Source: a virus. Taken from it: a stretch of DNA of 64,000 nt. The stretch covers positions 50,611 to 114,610 of the IMG/VR virus record IMGVR_UViG_3300027804_000049, one strand, 5' to 3'. A program made the position numbers and the translations under genes. Position 1 is the first letter of the stretch. Every line of letters starts with the position of its first letter. The notes beneath the pieces were generated by a model. It saw only the letters and a list, made by a program, of their open reading frames with translations, searched no databases and had not been told where the DNA came from. Of the stretch, positions 34,968-45,600 are shown in pieces.

Positions 34968-35660
34968 TTATACGTCTCCAACTAGGTTACGGATCTTCCT
35001 TTGCAGGAGATTAAGCTCGGCCTTGGTTGCTGCAAGCTCTTCCTGTAGGGAAGATGTTCGCTCTGCAACGAGCTTTTCAATTAGGTAATCAATCACGGGG
35101 CTTTTTGATAGTTCCTCGTTGGATTGAGTAATCTCTTGCTTAATGATCTTCCTGTTTTTAGAGTTTCGAACTCCAGGCTTACGTCCACTTGTGTCTGTAA
35201 GTATGATTCCTGGGACTGCTTCAGTAATGGTTCTCTCTGGAACCTCACCTGCAGGAGCCCACCAAAGGACTGCCTGTAAGGCTCTAACCTTTAAGCCATT
35301 GGCTCTAACAACGCGTTCCTGTTGCGTTTCAGCTCGATTAGAAATTCTACCTTGCTTATTAAGTTCTAGTAAGTAAAGTCGAACTTGATTTACATCGAGT
35401 GATTTGCCAAGCTTAGTTTCAATAAGCTTAGCTATTTCTATAGTGGTAAGTGGTTGAGCACTTTCCTCAAGAATTATAGCTATCAAATCAAGAAGCAAAA
35501 CCTTATCGCTCTTAGCTTGCTCGATATGCCTCCTGAGCTTTTCAGGAAGTGATCTGCGAATCGGAGTTGTCTCCTGTTCATTGGTAGCCTGCAATATTGG
35601 TTGACTCGATGAGAGTTCAACCGGAGTAGTGAATCTTGCTATGTGTTTTATTTTTGGCAT
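34968..35660 (-). CDS. Putative winged-helix protein with C-terminal coiled coil
   Basis: PLTTIEIAKLI..LDVNQVRLYLLELNKQGRI; leaderless start (TATAAT-N7-ATG). Confidence 0.55.
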   Translation of the reverse strand: MPKIKHIARFTTPVELSSSQPILQATNEQETTPIRRSLPEKLRRHIEQAKSDKVLLLDLIAIILEESAQPLTTIEIAKLIETKLGKSLDVNQVRLYLLELNKQGRISNRAETQQERVVRANGLKVRALQAVLWWAPAGEVPERTITEAVPGIILTDTSGRKPGVRNSKNRKIIKQEITQSNEELSKSPVIDYLIEKLVAERTSSLQEELAATKAELNLLQRKIRNLVGDV

Positions 35661-35843
35661 GAGATCAATTATAACAGGAAAGGTGCTCAAAACTCGGCAA
35701 GGCTAAAAGATGTTTTAGGGGTTTTGGAGGCTTTAGCCCGGAGACTTCTTAATTCTTACACAGAAGTAAATTTTTGCAACTTGCAAAAATTCTACAGGCC
35801 ATTTTGACAAAAGTACAATTACGGAACAAAACGGACACTGCAG

Positions 35844-36638
35844 CTAAGCATCAAGCTGGAACTTCCGTGTACGTTCGCCAAGAAGTTGTAAGCTAGCTCG
35901 ATCGGGAATTCCGCTTGCGTCAGCTCCAACCCGTCCGGTGATTCGTTGCCAGCGTGCATAGGCGCTCTTAGTTTGTCCGTCGAACATGTCAGGAGTTTCC
36001 CCTATGAGACCCGTCACCTGTTTTAGGGCAAGCTGTACCAGACCGATGTCCTTGTTACGTCGTCCAGACGTTACCCGTCTCACGTCCAGTATAGGGGCAG
36101 GCTGACCCGTCTCTTGTTTTATTGTTGGGGCAGGCTGCACTCTCGCAAACGCGAGAATCTCATGCCCGTCACGTATCCGTCTAAATACACCCCGCAGGCT
36201 GGGGTCCGATTTGGCAAGCCCGCTTGACACATCACCTTCGATGGTTCCGACCAGGCCTGCGGTCTCCCACTCCCTAACGTCAGCTACCAGGCCAACATGC
36301 ATAACCTGAAAAGGCGAGCCCGTTGCAAACGTAAAGAACACGATGTCACCAGGCTGGGGTTTTTCTACGACCCGTCTGGTCTTTATAAACTCAGCAAGCC
36401 CGCTGGCTGGGTATGTCACACTTGGAATGATTAAGCCTGCATCATGAAACACGCAGTCAATAAACGCACCCGCCCATGTTACTCCTGAGTAACCGACGCG
36501 CTCGGAGAACTCTACCCGTCCTCCTTGAGAGAGCTGGCCTAACCAGGCTGTTGCCGTCTCTAGTTGTTTAGGCGGCTCAGGCTGCGTAGTGCGTAAGAAG
36601 AACTTTTTCCAATTGGTTAACAAGTGTCTCTGCCTCAT
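35844..36638 (-). CDS. CHAP-like amidase plus PG-binding domain, catalytic Cys apparently absent
   Basis: WAGAFI (vs usual WCxxF), PQPGDIVFF, HVGLV, TIEGD; C-terminal VQLAL..FDGQTKSAYARWQ; start unclear. Confidence 0.6.
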   Translation of the reverse strand: MRQRHLLTNWKKFFLRTTQPEPPKQLETATAWLGQLSQGGRVEFSERVGYSGVTWAGAFIDCVFHDAGLIIPSVTYPASGLAEFIKTRRVVEKPQPGDIVFFTFATGSPFQVMHVGLVADVREWETAGLVGTIEGDVSSGLAKSDPSLRGVFRRIRDGHEILAFARVQPAPTIKQETGQPAPILDVRRVTSGRRNKDIGLVQLALKQVTGLIGETPDMFDGQTKSAYARWQRITGRVGADASGIPDRASLQLLGERTRKFQLDA

Positions 36639-36759
36639 TTGCTCTAGCCGTTAGGCGAATATGCTCTTCACGAGTTGCAGCAAGCTCAACGTCATTGATA
36701 AGTTTAGCCGCATGTTCACGCATTAAGAACAGGGTCTCCTCAAGCTGGGTTACTGTCAT
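36577..36759 (-). CDS. Hypothetical helical protein
   Basis: 60-aa ORF. Confidence 0.55.
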   Translation of the reverse strand: MTVTQLEETLFLMREHAAKLINDVELAATREEHIRLTARANEAETLVNQLEKVLLTHYAA

Positions 36760-37666
36760 CGCCTGTGATCTCCTGTGCGTCTTCTATATTTGAGTTGTCA
36801 CTTGCCGTCACTGGGTCTAACGCTCGATCAACGATCTCTCCTGCAACGATAAGAGCGCCCGCCTTCAATCGCTCGAGTCTCTCGGCGATGATTACAGACG
36901 CTGGCCTGTCGTTAGTTAAAACCGTCGCGTCTAACTCTATACCGCCACGGACTCCCGCGCGATCTAGAATCTCCGTAGAGGCTTTTAATCTTACTGGCTC
37001 ACTAGTTGCGTATTGCATTAACTCCTCGAGAGCATCAACTGCATATGGAGCGGATTGAACTAACTTCTTACGAGCACGCTCAATCTCGTCGGACGGTCTC
37101 TTGGCAACATGGCGGAGATGAACACGACACATTCCGGAGTCCTTAGGGCGGCCCGAGGTCCAGAGCATACAGCGAATGCCGTCATCTTTAATATACGTGC
37201 AGCGAGTTGGAAGCGCGGTTGGTCTTCTCTTCTCGGTGGCAATTGGATTATCTTGCTCAGCCATCCACATCTTGGTGGCACCAAGGACCCAGGTAGGAAC
37301 TAGGTTGTCCGAGGCAGGCTCTGCAATTAGGTCCATGCCTGAAAGGTAGTCTGAGTTGATGTTGCCTGGATCAACCATGATCGGTTTCTTCTCCGCAAGA
37401 GACAGGAGCCGTCTCTGCTTGACCATGTCCTTTGAGCGGGCCATGATGAGACCCGTCGGTACACCGTTTGAAGCGTAGACCGTGTCCCAGCCAAGTTGGT
37501 TGGATCTTAGGATGGATCTGTTTTCAAAGGTATCCTCACAGACACCGCGCTCTGACTCGATGATTCCAAGTGAGCCGAGGTCCGGGCGAAGGTTTACACC
37601 TTCCTCAAGAATTAAAAAATCAGGAGCGTCTTCGCTATCCTGTGATGCAAGTTCTTTGCTGCTCAT
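36740..37666 (-). CDS. Putative terminase small subunit-like protein
   Basis: RCT..G.RC..CRVH..ARKKL..A..L..SEPVRLKASTEILDRAG as in actinophage TerS-like proteins. Confidence 0.45.
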   Translation of the reverse strand: MSSKELASQDSEDAPDFLILEEGVNLRPDLGSLGIIESERGVCEDTFENRSILRSNQLGWDTVYASNGVPTGLIMARSKDMVKQRRLLSLAEKKPIMVDPGNINSDYLSGMDLIAEPASDNLVPTWVLGATKMWMAEQDNPIATEKRRPTALPTRCTYIKDDGIRCMLWTSGRPKDSGMCRVHLRHVAKRPSDEIERARKKLVQSAPYAVDALEELMQYATSEPVRLKASTEILDRAGVRGGIELDATVLTNDRPASVIIAERLERLKAGALIVAGEIVDRALDPVTASDNSNIEDAQEITGDDSNPA

Positions 37667-37757
37667 AGTTCAATTGTACACAGGGGAAGAAAAAGAGACA
37701 GTCTCCAACTCGGGGGAGAGGATTAGAGCTGGAGACTGCCTGTTCTAGTTTTGGGGC

Positions 37758-37943
37758 TTAAGCTTTCTTTCCGAAAGCGGTATCGCTTGGGTTTAGGTAG
37801 CGAAGAATTACTGGAAGGATAGCCGCGAGGCCAGCCTTAGCAATGTCCGCTGGATCGGTAACACCAGCCATGTATACTGCAATTCCTGCGGCAAGAAATG
37901 AACGTGCCCAGGATGCTGCCATAGCTTTTAGTTCTTTTGACAT
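37758..37943 (-). CDS. Putative holin
   Basis: 61 aa, 2 TM, SWARSFLAA..LPVILRYLNPSDTAFG. Confidence 0.65.
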   Translation of the reverse strand: MSKELKAMAASWARSFLAAGIAVYMAGVTDPADIAKAGLAAILPVILRYLNPSDTAFGKKA

Positions 37944-38070
37944 GTAGTCTCCTTTTGAGTCAAGGGGTTGACTCGAGGAAATTCTACACGGGTGTTGGAA
38001 AGTTTATTTGGGAAGTCGAATCAGAAACCCGCGCTTTTAAGGCATGTAGAAACAGTACTAGTAAACTGCT

Positions 38071-38343
38071 TCAAACACTTGCGGGAAGTATGGGATCCTC
38101 TCCGTTTATCACGTCAATGGCTCTGCGCAATCCCAGGGTATAAAGCGAGTCATCATTGGGCACTTCCGTCTCCCAGGTATCCATCATTTTTGATAACTCA
38201 GCAGAGAGATACTCTTGCCACTTATCAAAGGCAGTGAATATCACAAGCTCAAGTTCGCCGGGGTGGACTGGTGGATCATTTAGTTGTTTAGAGATTTGAG
38301 AGTAAAGCTCAAGAGCAATTACGTCTTTCTTCTTTGGTGTCAT
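38071..38343 (-). CDS. Hypothetical protein
   Basis: 90 aa, coupled. Confidence 0.65.
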   Translation of the reverse strand: MTPKKKDVIALELYSQISKQLNDPPVHPGELELVIFTAFDKWQEYLSAELSKMMDTWETEVPNDDSLYTLGLRRAIDVINGEDPILPASV

Positions 38344-38552
38344 TTTTTCTCCTTATTTTTAGTAGCGGTCACATCCTTGGGCTTCCATGACTTATTACAT
38401 GAACACCCACATATCCATAACTTATCAAACCACGCGATTTCATGAGCGCAGTTATTGTGAATTCCCTCCTGGCAAAAACCACAGGGCTTTTCTCGGTGGA
38501 TAATCTCTCGAGTGCCAAACCACTCGTTGTGATTATTAGGTTCCTTACTCAA
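38340..38552 (-). CDS. Small Cys/His-rich protein
   Basis: CGFC..H..C..WICGCSC. Confidence 0.65.
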   Translation of the reverse strand: MSKEPNNHNEWFGTREIIHREKPCGFCQEGIHNNCAHEIAWFDKLWICGCSCNKSWKPKDVTATKNKEKK

Positions 38553-39258
38553 CGCGCAACACCGTCCCCTTGTGATGAAGAAGCTTTACCTGAGGATCCA
38601 GCATTATCTTAAATCCGGCCTCCTTGGCATTTTCACACCAGGCATAGTCCTCACCCATGTTTACCTCGAAACCAATTTCCTCCTGCCAAAGTATGTGACG
38701 AATCTTGAACCAGGGGCGAGGTATCTTTTCAAAGACACCTTGCTTCATTGCAACAAAACCAAAACCAACGCCGCCAACCTCAATGGGATCCCAGTCCAGC
38801 AGTAGATCCTTCTTGTTAGTTTTTTGAGGTCGCCCGTCCTTATCTGGAAAGTTCACCGCGATGGTTCCGTTAGGGTGAGTCTGGTAGACGCCAGAGATGA
38901 TTTCATGCTCTGACTCATAGATCTTCATAAACTGTTCAGGCGTCCACTCAATATCTGAGTCGATCCAAAAGATCTTCCTGTAGGTGTATTTTCCACCGCC
39001 AATGTCTCTAGTCTTCCAGTTATGTCCATAAGAATCGGTTGCAACCATCTCACGAGTACTGGGGATAAATGATCCGGACTTATGAAGCAGGTGGTATGAG
39101 ATCCCCCTCTCATTAAGAACGCGGGTAGTCGCAACTAAGCTCGTCACATACTCAGGCACAAACGAAAACGCAGGTGTCGCAATCAGGACGTCATAGTGAA
39201 CTACATCCGCCTTGACCATGGGAAGCTCGTTTATGTGACTCACACCGCGACTCTGCAA
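38545..39258 (-). CDS. GT-A fold glycosyltransferase-like protein
   Basis: IATP, FWIDSD, GVGFGF, GEDYAWC, LDPQVKLLH. Confidence 0.75.
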   Translation of the reverse strand: MQSRGVSHINELPMVKADVVHYDVLIATPAFSFVPEYVTSLVATTRVLNERGISYHLLHKSGSFIPSTREMVATDSYGHNWKTRDIGGGKYTYRKIFWIDSDIEWTPEQFMKIYESEHEIISGVYQTHPNGTIAVNFPDKDGRPQKTNKKDLLLDWDPIEVGGVGFGFVAMKQGVFEKIPRPWFKIRHILWQEEIGFEVNMGEDYAWCENAKEAGFKIMLDPQVKLLHHKGTVLRVE

Positions 39259-39761
39259 TCATCACAAAGCAACGCATCAAACCCAGTCGCATAATCTGCG
39301 CTATACCCATTTTGAGTCACAGGCACGGGAGTAACCCGTTTATCAGAGGAACCGCAACGTGCACACTGTAATGAAACAATCCACTCAACCTGACGCCCAG
39401 CTTCAAGGCAGGCAGAGATTCCACGGGTTAATGCATGCATCGGTCCTGCGCCCTCAGTCTTACGTAGGAACATTCTTGTGTCCTCTGCCTCAAGGACAGG
39501 AGTGATCTTCTTGCAAGGGCACATCATGGCACTGGGCTTACACACAAGTATTCCGTTGTAGGTTGTGTGCTTACTTACCGCATGACCACAGACGCAAACC
39601 CGTCTATCCCTCTTGGTCTTACTCTTGCGTGTAAGTTTTTTATCTACCTCTCGAGCTTCCTCGACAGATATTCCCATAGCCTCAAGGGCATTTTCACTAG
39701 ACACTAAACCACATCCAGCCAAACGAAACCCAGCAATACGAAAGCATAGCCGCGATGGCAT
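39240..39761 (-). CDS. Cys-rich zinc-binding protein
   Basis: CVCGH, CPC, CARC, CDDC; true start probably near 39703. Confidence 0.6.
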   Translation of the reverse strand: MPSRLCFRIAGFRLAGCGLVSSENALEAMGISVEEAREVDKKLTRKSKTKRDRRVCVCGHAVSKHTTYNGILVCKPSAMMCPCKKITPVLEAEDTRMFLRKTEGAGPMHALTRGISACLEAGRQVEWIVSLQCARCGSSDKRVTPVPVTQNGYSADYATGFDALLCDDCRVAV

Positions 39762-39949
39762 AAAGCATTCTACTCATCATTTTGTTCTCGTTCTTCACTG
39801 GCCAAGCATAGAAAAACAGAATCCCAGCCGCGATAGTTCCTAGTATCAAAGCAATCAAAACTCCAGTATCTCTCATGTAAAATTCCTCTCTGTGTACTCG
39901 GGTTAAACCTTCCTGTAATTATATAACTATTTCTACTGAAAAGTACAAC

Positions 39950-40310
39950 CATACTCAACCATAGTTCAACTATAATTCATAATTCTTTAATACTCAACTA
40001 TATTTATCGTCGCCCCTAGGAGAAACTCCTTACACGTATACTAAATATAGTAGAGTATTAAAGAATTAAGATATACAGAATATTATAAATATGGGGCTTA
40101 CTAGGTCGTTTTGAACTTTTTGAATTACTTTTTTGACCTAGTATGTCTCCAATAGCCTACTAGGTCTCTTTGACGTTTTCGAACTACTTTTCTTACCTAG
40201 TATGTCAAGAAGGTGCCGTCTCCTTCGTCACCTAATAATAAACCCCGAGATCTTCGTTTATATAATAGCAATATAGTTGAGCGTGGTTGACTATTATAAG
40301 TGGTTGAGCA
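39950..40310. repeat. AT-rich non-coding region with inverted and direct repeats (origin-like)
   Basis: 27-bp IR 39980-40006/40042-40068; 49-bp DR 40099-40147/40158-40206; TCAACYA iterations. Confidence 0.8.
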
Positions 40311-40403
40311 TTATAAATATACAAACAATTATATCTTTTTTCGCCCTAAAATCACCGCTTTCAAAGCCTCATCGCGCTCCCATTTACAGGTTAAGATTTC
40401 ATC

Positions 40404-40661
40404 ATGTTATCTCGTGGAGCGTCAGGAGTACCAAACTACTCGCCACATGCTCAGGCGATGTTGCGCCTTACAGCTTGCTCTACTACTCTGCGCTCTCTAA
40501 TTCTTAACCTTGAGGATCCTCAGGAGGAAGATCTTCGCGTTAATCTTCTCATATCCTGTGACGAGGTAATAAATCAAGCAAATCAGCTCTACCTTCAAAT
40601 CTCAGAGATGACTTGGAAAGAACTTGATAGACGTAATCACCCCTCATCTGATAACGCATAA
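40404..40661 (+). CDS. Hypothetical protein
   Basis: 85-aa ORF. Confidence 0.45.
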   Translation: MLSRGASGVPNYSPHAQAMLRLTACSTTLRSLILNLEDPQEEDLRVNLLISCDEVINQANQLYLQISEMTWKELDRRNHPSSDNA

Positions 40662-40699
40662 CCTTAATCATTTTCCCAATAGCAAGATAGAATAGCAAC

Positions 40700-41284
40700 A
40701 TGGCTCGCATACTAGGAACAATCGCCAGCTCTATCTTCGAAGACCTTGGCGACTTTGAGTCTATTGCTACTGTAAGCGTTGGTAGCGGTGGCACTTCAAC
40801 TATCACTTTTAGTTCTATACCTGCCACTTTTACGCATTTGCAGATTAGAGCATTTGTGCAAACAGACCGTGGTACTTTTGGAGTTGACGGTATGGGGTTG
40901 CAAATTAATGGAAGTGCAGGAACGAATTACGCCTATCATTATTTAAGAGGCAGTGGCTCTGCCGTTGCTGCTGCTGCTGTTACATCAGCAAGTTCAATTG
41001 CTGAACTTAGCACAGTCGGCTGTGGAACAACCACTGGTGGAACTTTTGGTATTAGCATTATAGATATTTTAGATTATGCAAACACCGACAAATACAAAAC
41101 AATACGTAACTTAAACGGTGCTGATGTTAATGGATTAGTAGGAGGCGTTGGTGGATTTATTTCTTTAGTATCTGGTCTATGGATGCAAACAAATGCAATT
41201 ACTTCTTTAGTTTTTAATCCTAACTCTGGAACGAATTTCACTCAATACTCCTACTTCGCCCTCTACGGAATACGGAGCGCATAA
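40700..41284 (+). CDS. Putative tail/virion protein (paralog 1 of trio)
   Basis: MARILG leader; FESIAT..ITFSSIP..ILDYANTDKYKT..ALYGI. Confidence 0.7.
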   Translation: MARILGTIASSIFEDLGDFESIATVSVGSGGTSTITFSSIPATFTHLQIRAFVQTDRGTFGVDGMGLQINGSAGTNYAYHYLRGSGSAVAAAAVTSASSIAELSTVGCGTTTGGTFGISIIDILDYANTDKYKTIRNLNGADVNGLVGGVGGFISLVSGLWMQTNAITSLVFNPNSGTNFTQYSYFALYGIRSA

Positions 41285-41775
41285 TGCCTATAACTTATGA
41301 ACCGATAGCAACAGCAACTGCTTCAGGTAGCCAATCAGAAATTCTTTTTACTAATATTAGTCAGTCTTATACTGACCTTGTAGTGGTTGTGCAAGCAACC
41401 GAAAGCGGCTCAGATGGAATGGATATGAGAGTCGGTAATGGCTCAATAGATTCAGGAAATAATTACTCTTTCACAGTATTAAGAGGTCAGAGTGGTTCTG
41501 CTTCTTCATACAGAGTGACCAATTATTCAGCGATGGAAATAGGGCAAGTAAATACAACTCAAAGCATACACATAGCACACATTCTGAATTATTCAAACAC
41601 AACTACCTACAAAACTTTTTTAGCAAGAGAAAATAATGTAGATGTCAGAGTGGCGGGAAGAGTTGGTCTATGGCGTAGCACTTCCGCTATAAATCAAATT
41701 AATTTTAAGAATGGCAGCAATGTTAATCACACGGCTGGCTCAACCTTCACCCTCTACGGAATAAAAAGTGCGTGA
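41284..41775 (+). CDS. Putative tail/virion protein (paralog 2)
   Basis: YEPIAT..YTDL..NYSNTTTYKT..TLYGIKSA. Confidence 0.7.
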   Translation: MPITYEPIATATASGSQSEILFTNISQSYTDLVVVVQATESGSDGMDMRVGNGSIDSGNNYSFTVLRGQSGSASSYRVTNYSAMEIGQVNTTQSIHIAHILNYSNTTTYKTFLARENNVDVRVAGRVGLWRSTSAINQINFKNGSNVNHTAGSTFTLYGIKSA

Positions 41776-41808
41776 CCTTATGACAACTAATTTTAGAAAG
41801 GCGGCATA

Positions 41809-42318
41809 ATGGCTAACACATATACGGCAATAGCCACTGTAACTGTGGATAGTGGTGGGGCTGCAACAATGGCTTTTAGTTCTATACCTGCAACTTATAC
41901 TGACCTAAACATTGTGGCCTCTCTTAGAACAACTGCAAATGATGGCTACCAATCTGTAACTGTAAATTTCAATGGCAGTCCTACGTATTCATTGAGGCGT
42001 TTATACAACACAGGTTCTGACTCTGCTAATGCTGACTACTGGGCTATTGCCCCCGCTGATAGCGCATCCCTTATGACTGCTAGTACATATGGCAGTCTAT
42101 CTATTTATTTACCCAACTACACAAGTTCAGCAAATAAATCAGCAAGCGTTGATGTTGTAGTGGAAAACAATGTTTCAGGTGGTGTGTCTTGGCAGGGACT
42201 GAATGCTGGATTAGCAACACTTACAAGCGCAATTACTACTATTACACTTGCGCCATATGGCGGAAATAATTTCAAGCAATACTCCACCGCCACCCTATAC
42301 GGAATCAAAAACTCATAA
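41809..42318 (+). CDS. Putative tail/virion protein (paralog 3)
   Basis: YTAIAT..FSSIPATYTDL..YLPNY..TLYGIKNS. Confidence 0.7.
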   Translation: MANTYTAIATVTVDSGGAATMAFSSIPATYTDLNIVASLRTTANDGYQSVTVNFNGSPTYSLRRLYNTGSDSANADYWAIAPADSASLMTASTYGSLSIYLPNYTSSANKSASVDVVVENNVSGGVSWQGLNAGLATLTSAITTITLAPYGGNNFKQYSTATLYGIKNS

Positions 42319-42330
42319 GAAAGGAAAACA

Positions 42331-42558
42331 ATGCCAACCAAACTAATCGTAGATTGCTCAACTGGAGTGACCACAGAGGTAGAACTAACTGCCGAAGAGA
42401 TTGCCCAGCGCGAGGCAGATGCAGCAGCCTACGCTGTAGCAGAAGCAGAACGTCTTGCAGCGGCTGAGTCACTTGCTGCGCTCAAAGCTTCAGCCAAGGC
42501 CAAGTTAATTGCAGGCCAGCCCTTAACGGCTGAGGAAGCAGACACGCTCGTTATTTAA
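42331..42558 (+). CDS. Small protein following the tail trio (possible assembly chaperone)
   Basis: IVDCSTG..ELTAEEIAQ..AKAKL..LTAEEA. Confidence 0.6.
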   Translation: MPTKLIVDCSTGVTTEVELTAEEIAQREADAAAYAVAEAERLAAAESLAALKASAKAKLIAGQPLTAEEADTLVI

Positions 42559-42646
42559 TACTTTCTTGCATTTGTCTTGCATTTGATTGTCATTTACAGG
42601 AAGATAGTATAGAATAGCACACGGGGAGATTCCATAAGGAGTCTAG

Positions 42647-45600
42647 TTGTCGTCTCGTCATCGCGCTCGTAAACTTGCGCTCGCTACTTTTCTTGCCGCG
42701 GGCTCTAGCCTTTCTTTTTTAACACCTTCTCTTGCGACGGAGTCAACTTCTCAACCTTCGCCTTCGCCCTCTGCAGATCCAACTCCGCAGCCATCTTCAG
42801 AGCCGTCTCCCACTTCAACCTCGTCTCCAACTCCAACACCCTCCGCTTCAACGGAGCCGACGCCCACACCCACCCCAGAACAATCCCAGACCCAAGCGAG
42901 TACAACGCAAACAACATCTCCAGAGTCGTCATCTTCTACTCCCCCAAGTCCTCAAGAAAGTCCGTCTCCTCAAACATCTTCGTCAAGCTCGACAGAATCA
43001 AATAGCTCGCAGCAAGGGCCGTCAACACAAGACCAAACACAAACAAGCTCAACTTCTTCATCCTCAGATTCTATTACGCCTGTCCCGGTAACGACCCCTA
43101 CAACTCCTCCACCTCCTCCTACAAACCAGGATCTCGTCAACCAAGCACAGACAACTCTTACCGCCCAAAGTGTAATACTCACCGAGGTTTCTAACACCTC
43201 TGCCTCCCTTCCCGCCCCTGCTCCCTCTACAACAACTGCGGCGATTACTACTGCTCAAACGGCTATTCAAGATGCTCAAACGGCTACCACCGAGGCACAA
43301 ACTGCTATTACTACCCAAACTACCGCCGAGGCAGCAGTTACCACCGCTCAAACAAATTTGACCCAATCACAGGAAAATACAGCTACTGCCGAAACAAATT
43401 TAACTCAAGCTCAAACAACTCTCACCGCCGCTCAAGCAGCGGTCACAACTCAAACACAGGTTGTTACGCAGGTAACTGAAACATTGACCCAGGCGCAGAC
43501 AACTCTCACTGAGGCAACGACTGCGGTCACAACTCAAACAGCAGTTGTAACTCAGGCAACCACCGAGGCGCAACAGGCACAGGCAGCTGCGGATGCAGCA
43601 AACACAAGTACAAGCGTTACTCACACCGAGACATTTGCAAATAATACGATTAACAACTCGTCTGGAACTGGCGCGGTCGCAATCACGGTTGGAACATCTC
43701 CCGTATCAACTACATCTCAAAATGGAGTATCGATCGGCGGAAACTGGACTACAGGCAATTCAAACGCAGTCTCCGGATCCGCGCTTATTCTTATGAGTCC
43801 TTCCGCTGAAACTACAATTCAATTTCTTAATACATCAAATACAACCGTCTCCCAGGTTGAGTTTGGCGTCTACGCAAAGAACGGTGATGGCACTGCTACA
43901 ACTAAATATACGGACGGAACAACATCAACGTTTACTATTGAAAATAACGTAGGAACTCAAAACGGTCAGTCAAATACAACGTACACTCATACCGAGACCG
44001 TTGTAGCTCCACAGGGCAAGAAGATTCACGAGATTGTAATTGCGCCTGACTGGGATTACTACGTTATTGACAACATAAAGGTAACGACAACCACACAAAC
44101 ATCTGATCCTTCATTGATTGCCACGGCTCAACAAGCGCAGGCAGTTGTTGCTTCCGAGACCCAAACTCTAACAACTCTTCAAACCCAAGAGGCAACCGCC
44201 CAAACTGCGGTAACTCAGGCGCAAACAGTTGTAACCAATGAGACCCAAACATTAACAACTCTTCAGGCAGTTGAAACTCAAAAGGCCAATGACGTTTCCA
44301 CCGCACAAACTGCGGTGACGCAAGCACAAACCCAGGAGGCTCAGGCAGCCGTTACGGTAGTTCAAGCACAGGAGACTCTCGCCTCCGCAGAGCAGGCAGC
44401 AACAACTGCAATCACACAGATGCAGGAAAAGGTAGAAATTGCAACGCAGGCGGTCACCGTTGCGGACGTTCACGTTGACCTTGATGTTGCGCAAAAAAAT
44501 ATTAACACCCAAACTCAAACTGCAACTGCAAACAACACTCTAACGCAGGCAGCTCCAATTATTCAGGACGCGCAGGCAGCGGTTGATACCGCCCGCGTAA
44601 TTGCGGTTGCGGCATCACAGGCAGTTACAGACGCGATGACTCAAAATGCAACTGCACCAACTGTCACGCAAGCACAAGCTCAAGTTACGACATCAACAAC
44701 AGCAGTTGCCTCTGCACAGGAAAACGTTACGTCCGCTCAAGCAACTGTCTCGATTGAGCAAACTCAGGTTGCTAGTGCACAAACTGCGCTCGCGACTGCG
44801 CAAACGGTAGTTGATTCACAAACAACTCCAGGTGTTGATGCGACCGTCTATAACAACCTTGGATATAACAACGTACCGCCGCTTCCTGCAGATGATCGCA
44901 TCATCGCAGAGACCACGGTTAACAACATTCAATTTAACTGGGGATCAGGCGCTGTCTTAGGAACCTTATCCGAGGACGTTGCGGTTAAGTTTACCGCGCA
45001 ACTAACTGCACCCGTCACAGGCACCATTCAATTTTATGCGCCTGCAGATGACGGAACGATACTGCAGCTTGATGGAAATACCGTTATCAATGATTGGTAT
45101 GACAAGGGTGGCGGTGGCACTATTCACTCCTACACGGTCAATGCCAATGATCCGATGGATATGACCTTTTGGTTTTATGAAAACGGCGGTGGCGCAAACG
45201 TAACCCTGATGTGGAACCTTAATAATGGTCAAGGCTGGGTTGCGGTTCCTGCAAGTGCATTTACACAAACCGCCGCGTCCTTAGAGCAAATACAAGCATT
45301 GTCAGATGCAAATAACACATTGACCCTAGAGCTTCAACAACTTGCGGTTGCGCAAACAAACTTAACGAGTGCGCAGTCAACTCTTACAAGCACGCAGACA
45401 AGTTTAACAAGCGCACAGACAACTCTTACAGATTCCCAGGATGCAGACGCAGCTGTTGTTGACGCATCACTTGCCGTGACGGCTGCGATTAACGCAATCA
45501 ACGTTGCAGAGACATATACCAATTCACTAAGCTCAGATATTCATGCGGTCCTAACTCCAACCATCACGGAGTCTACAGCTCAGGACGGATCAGTTACACT

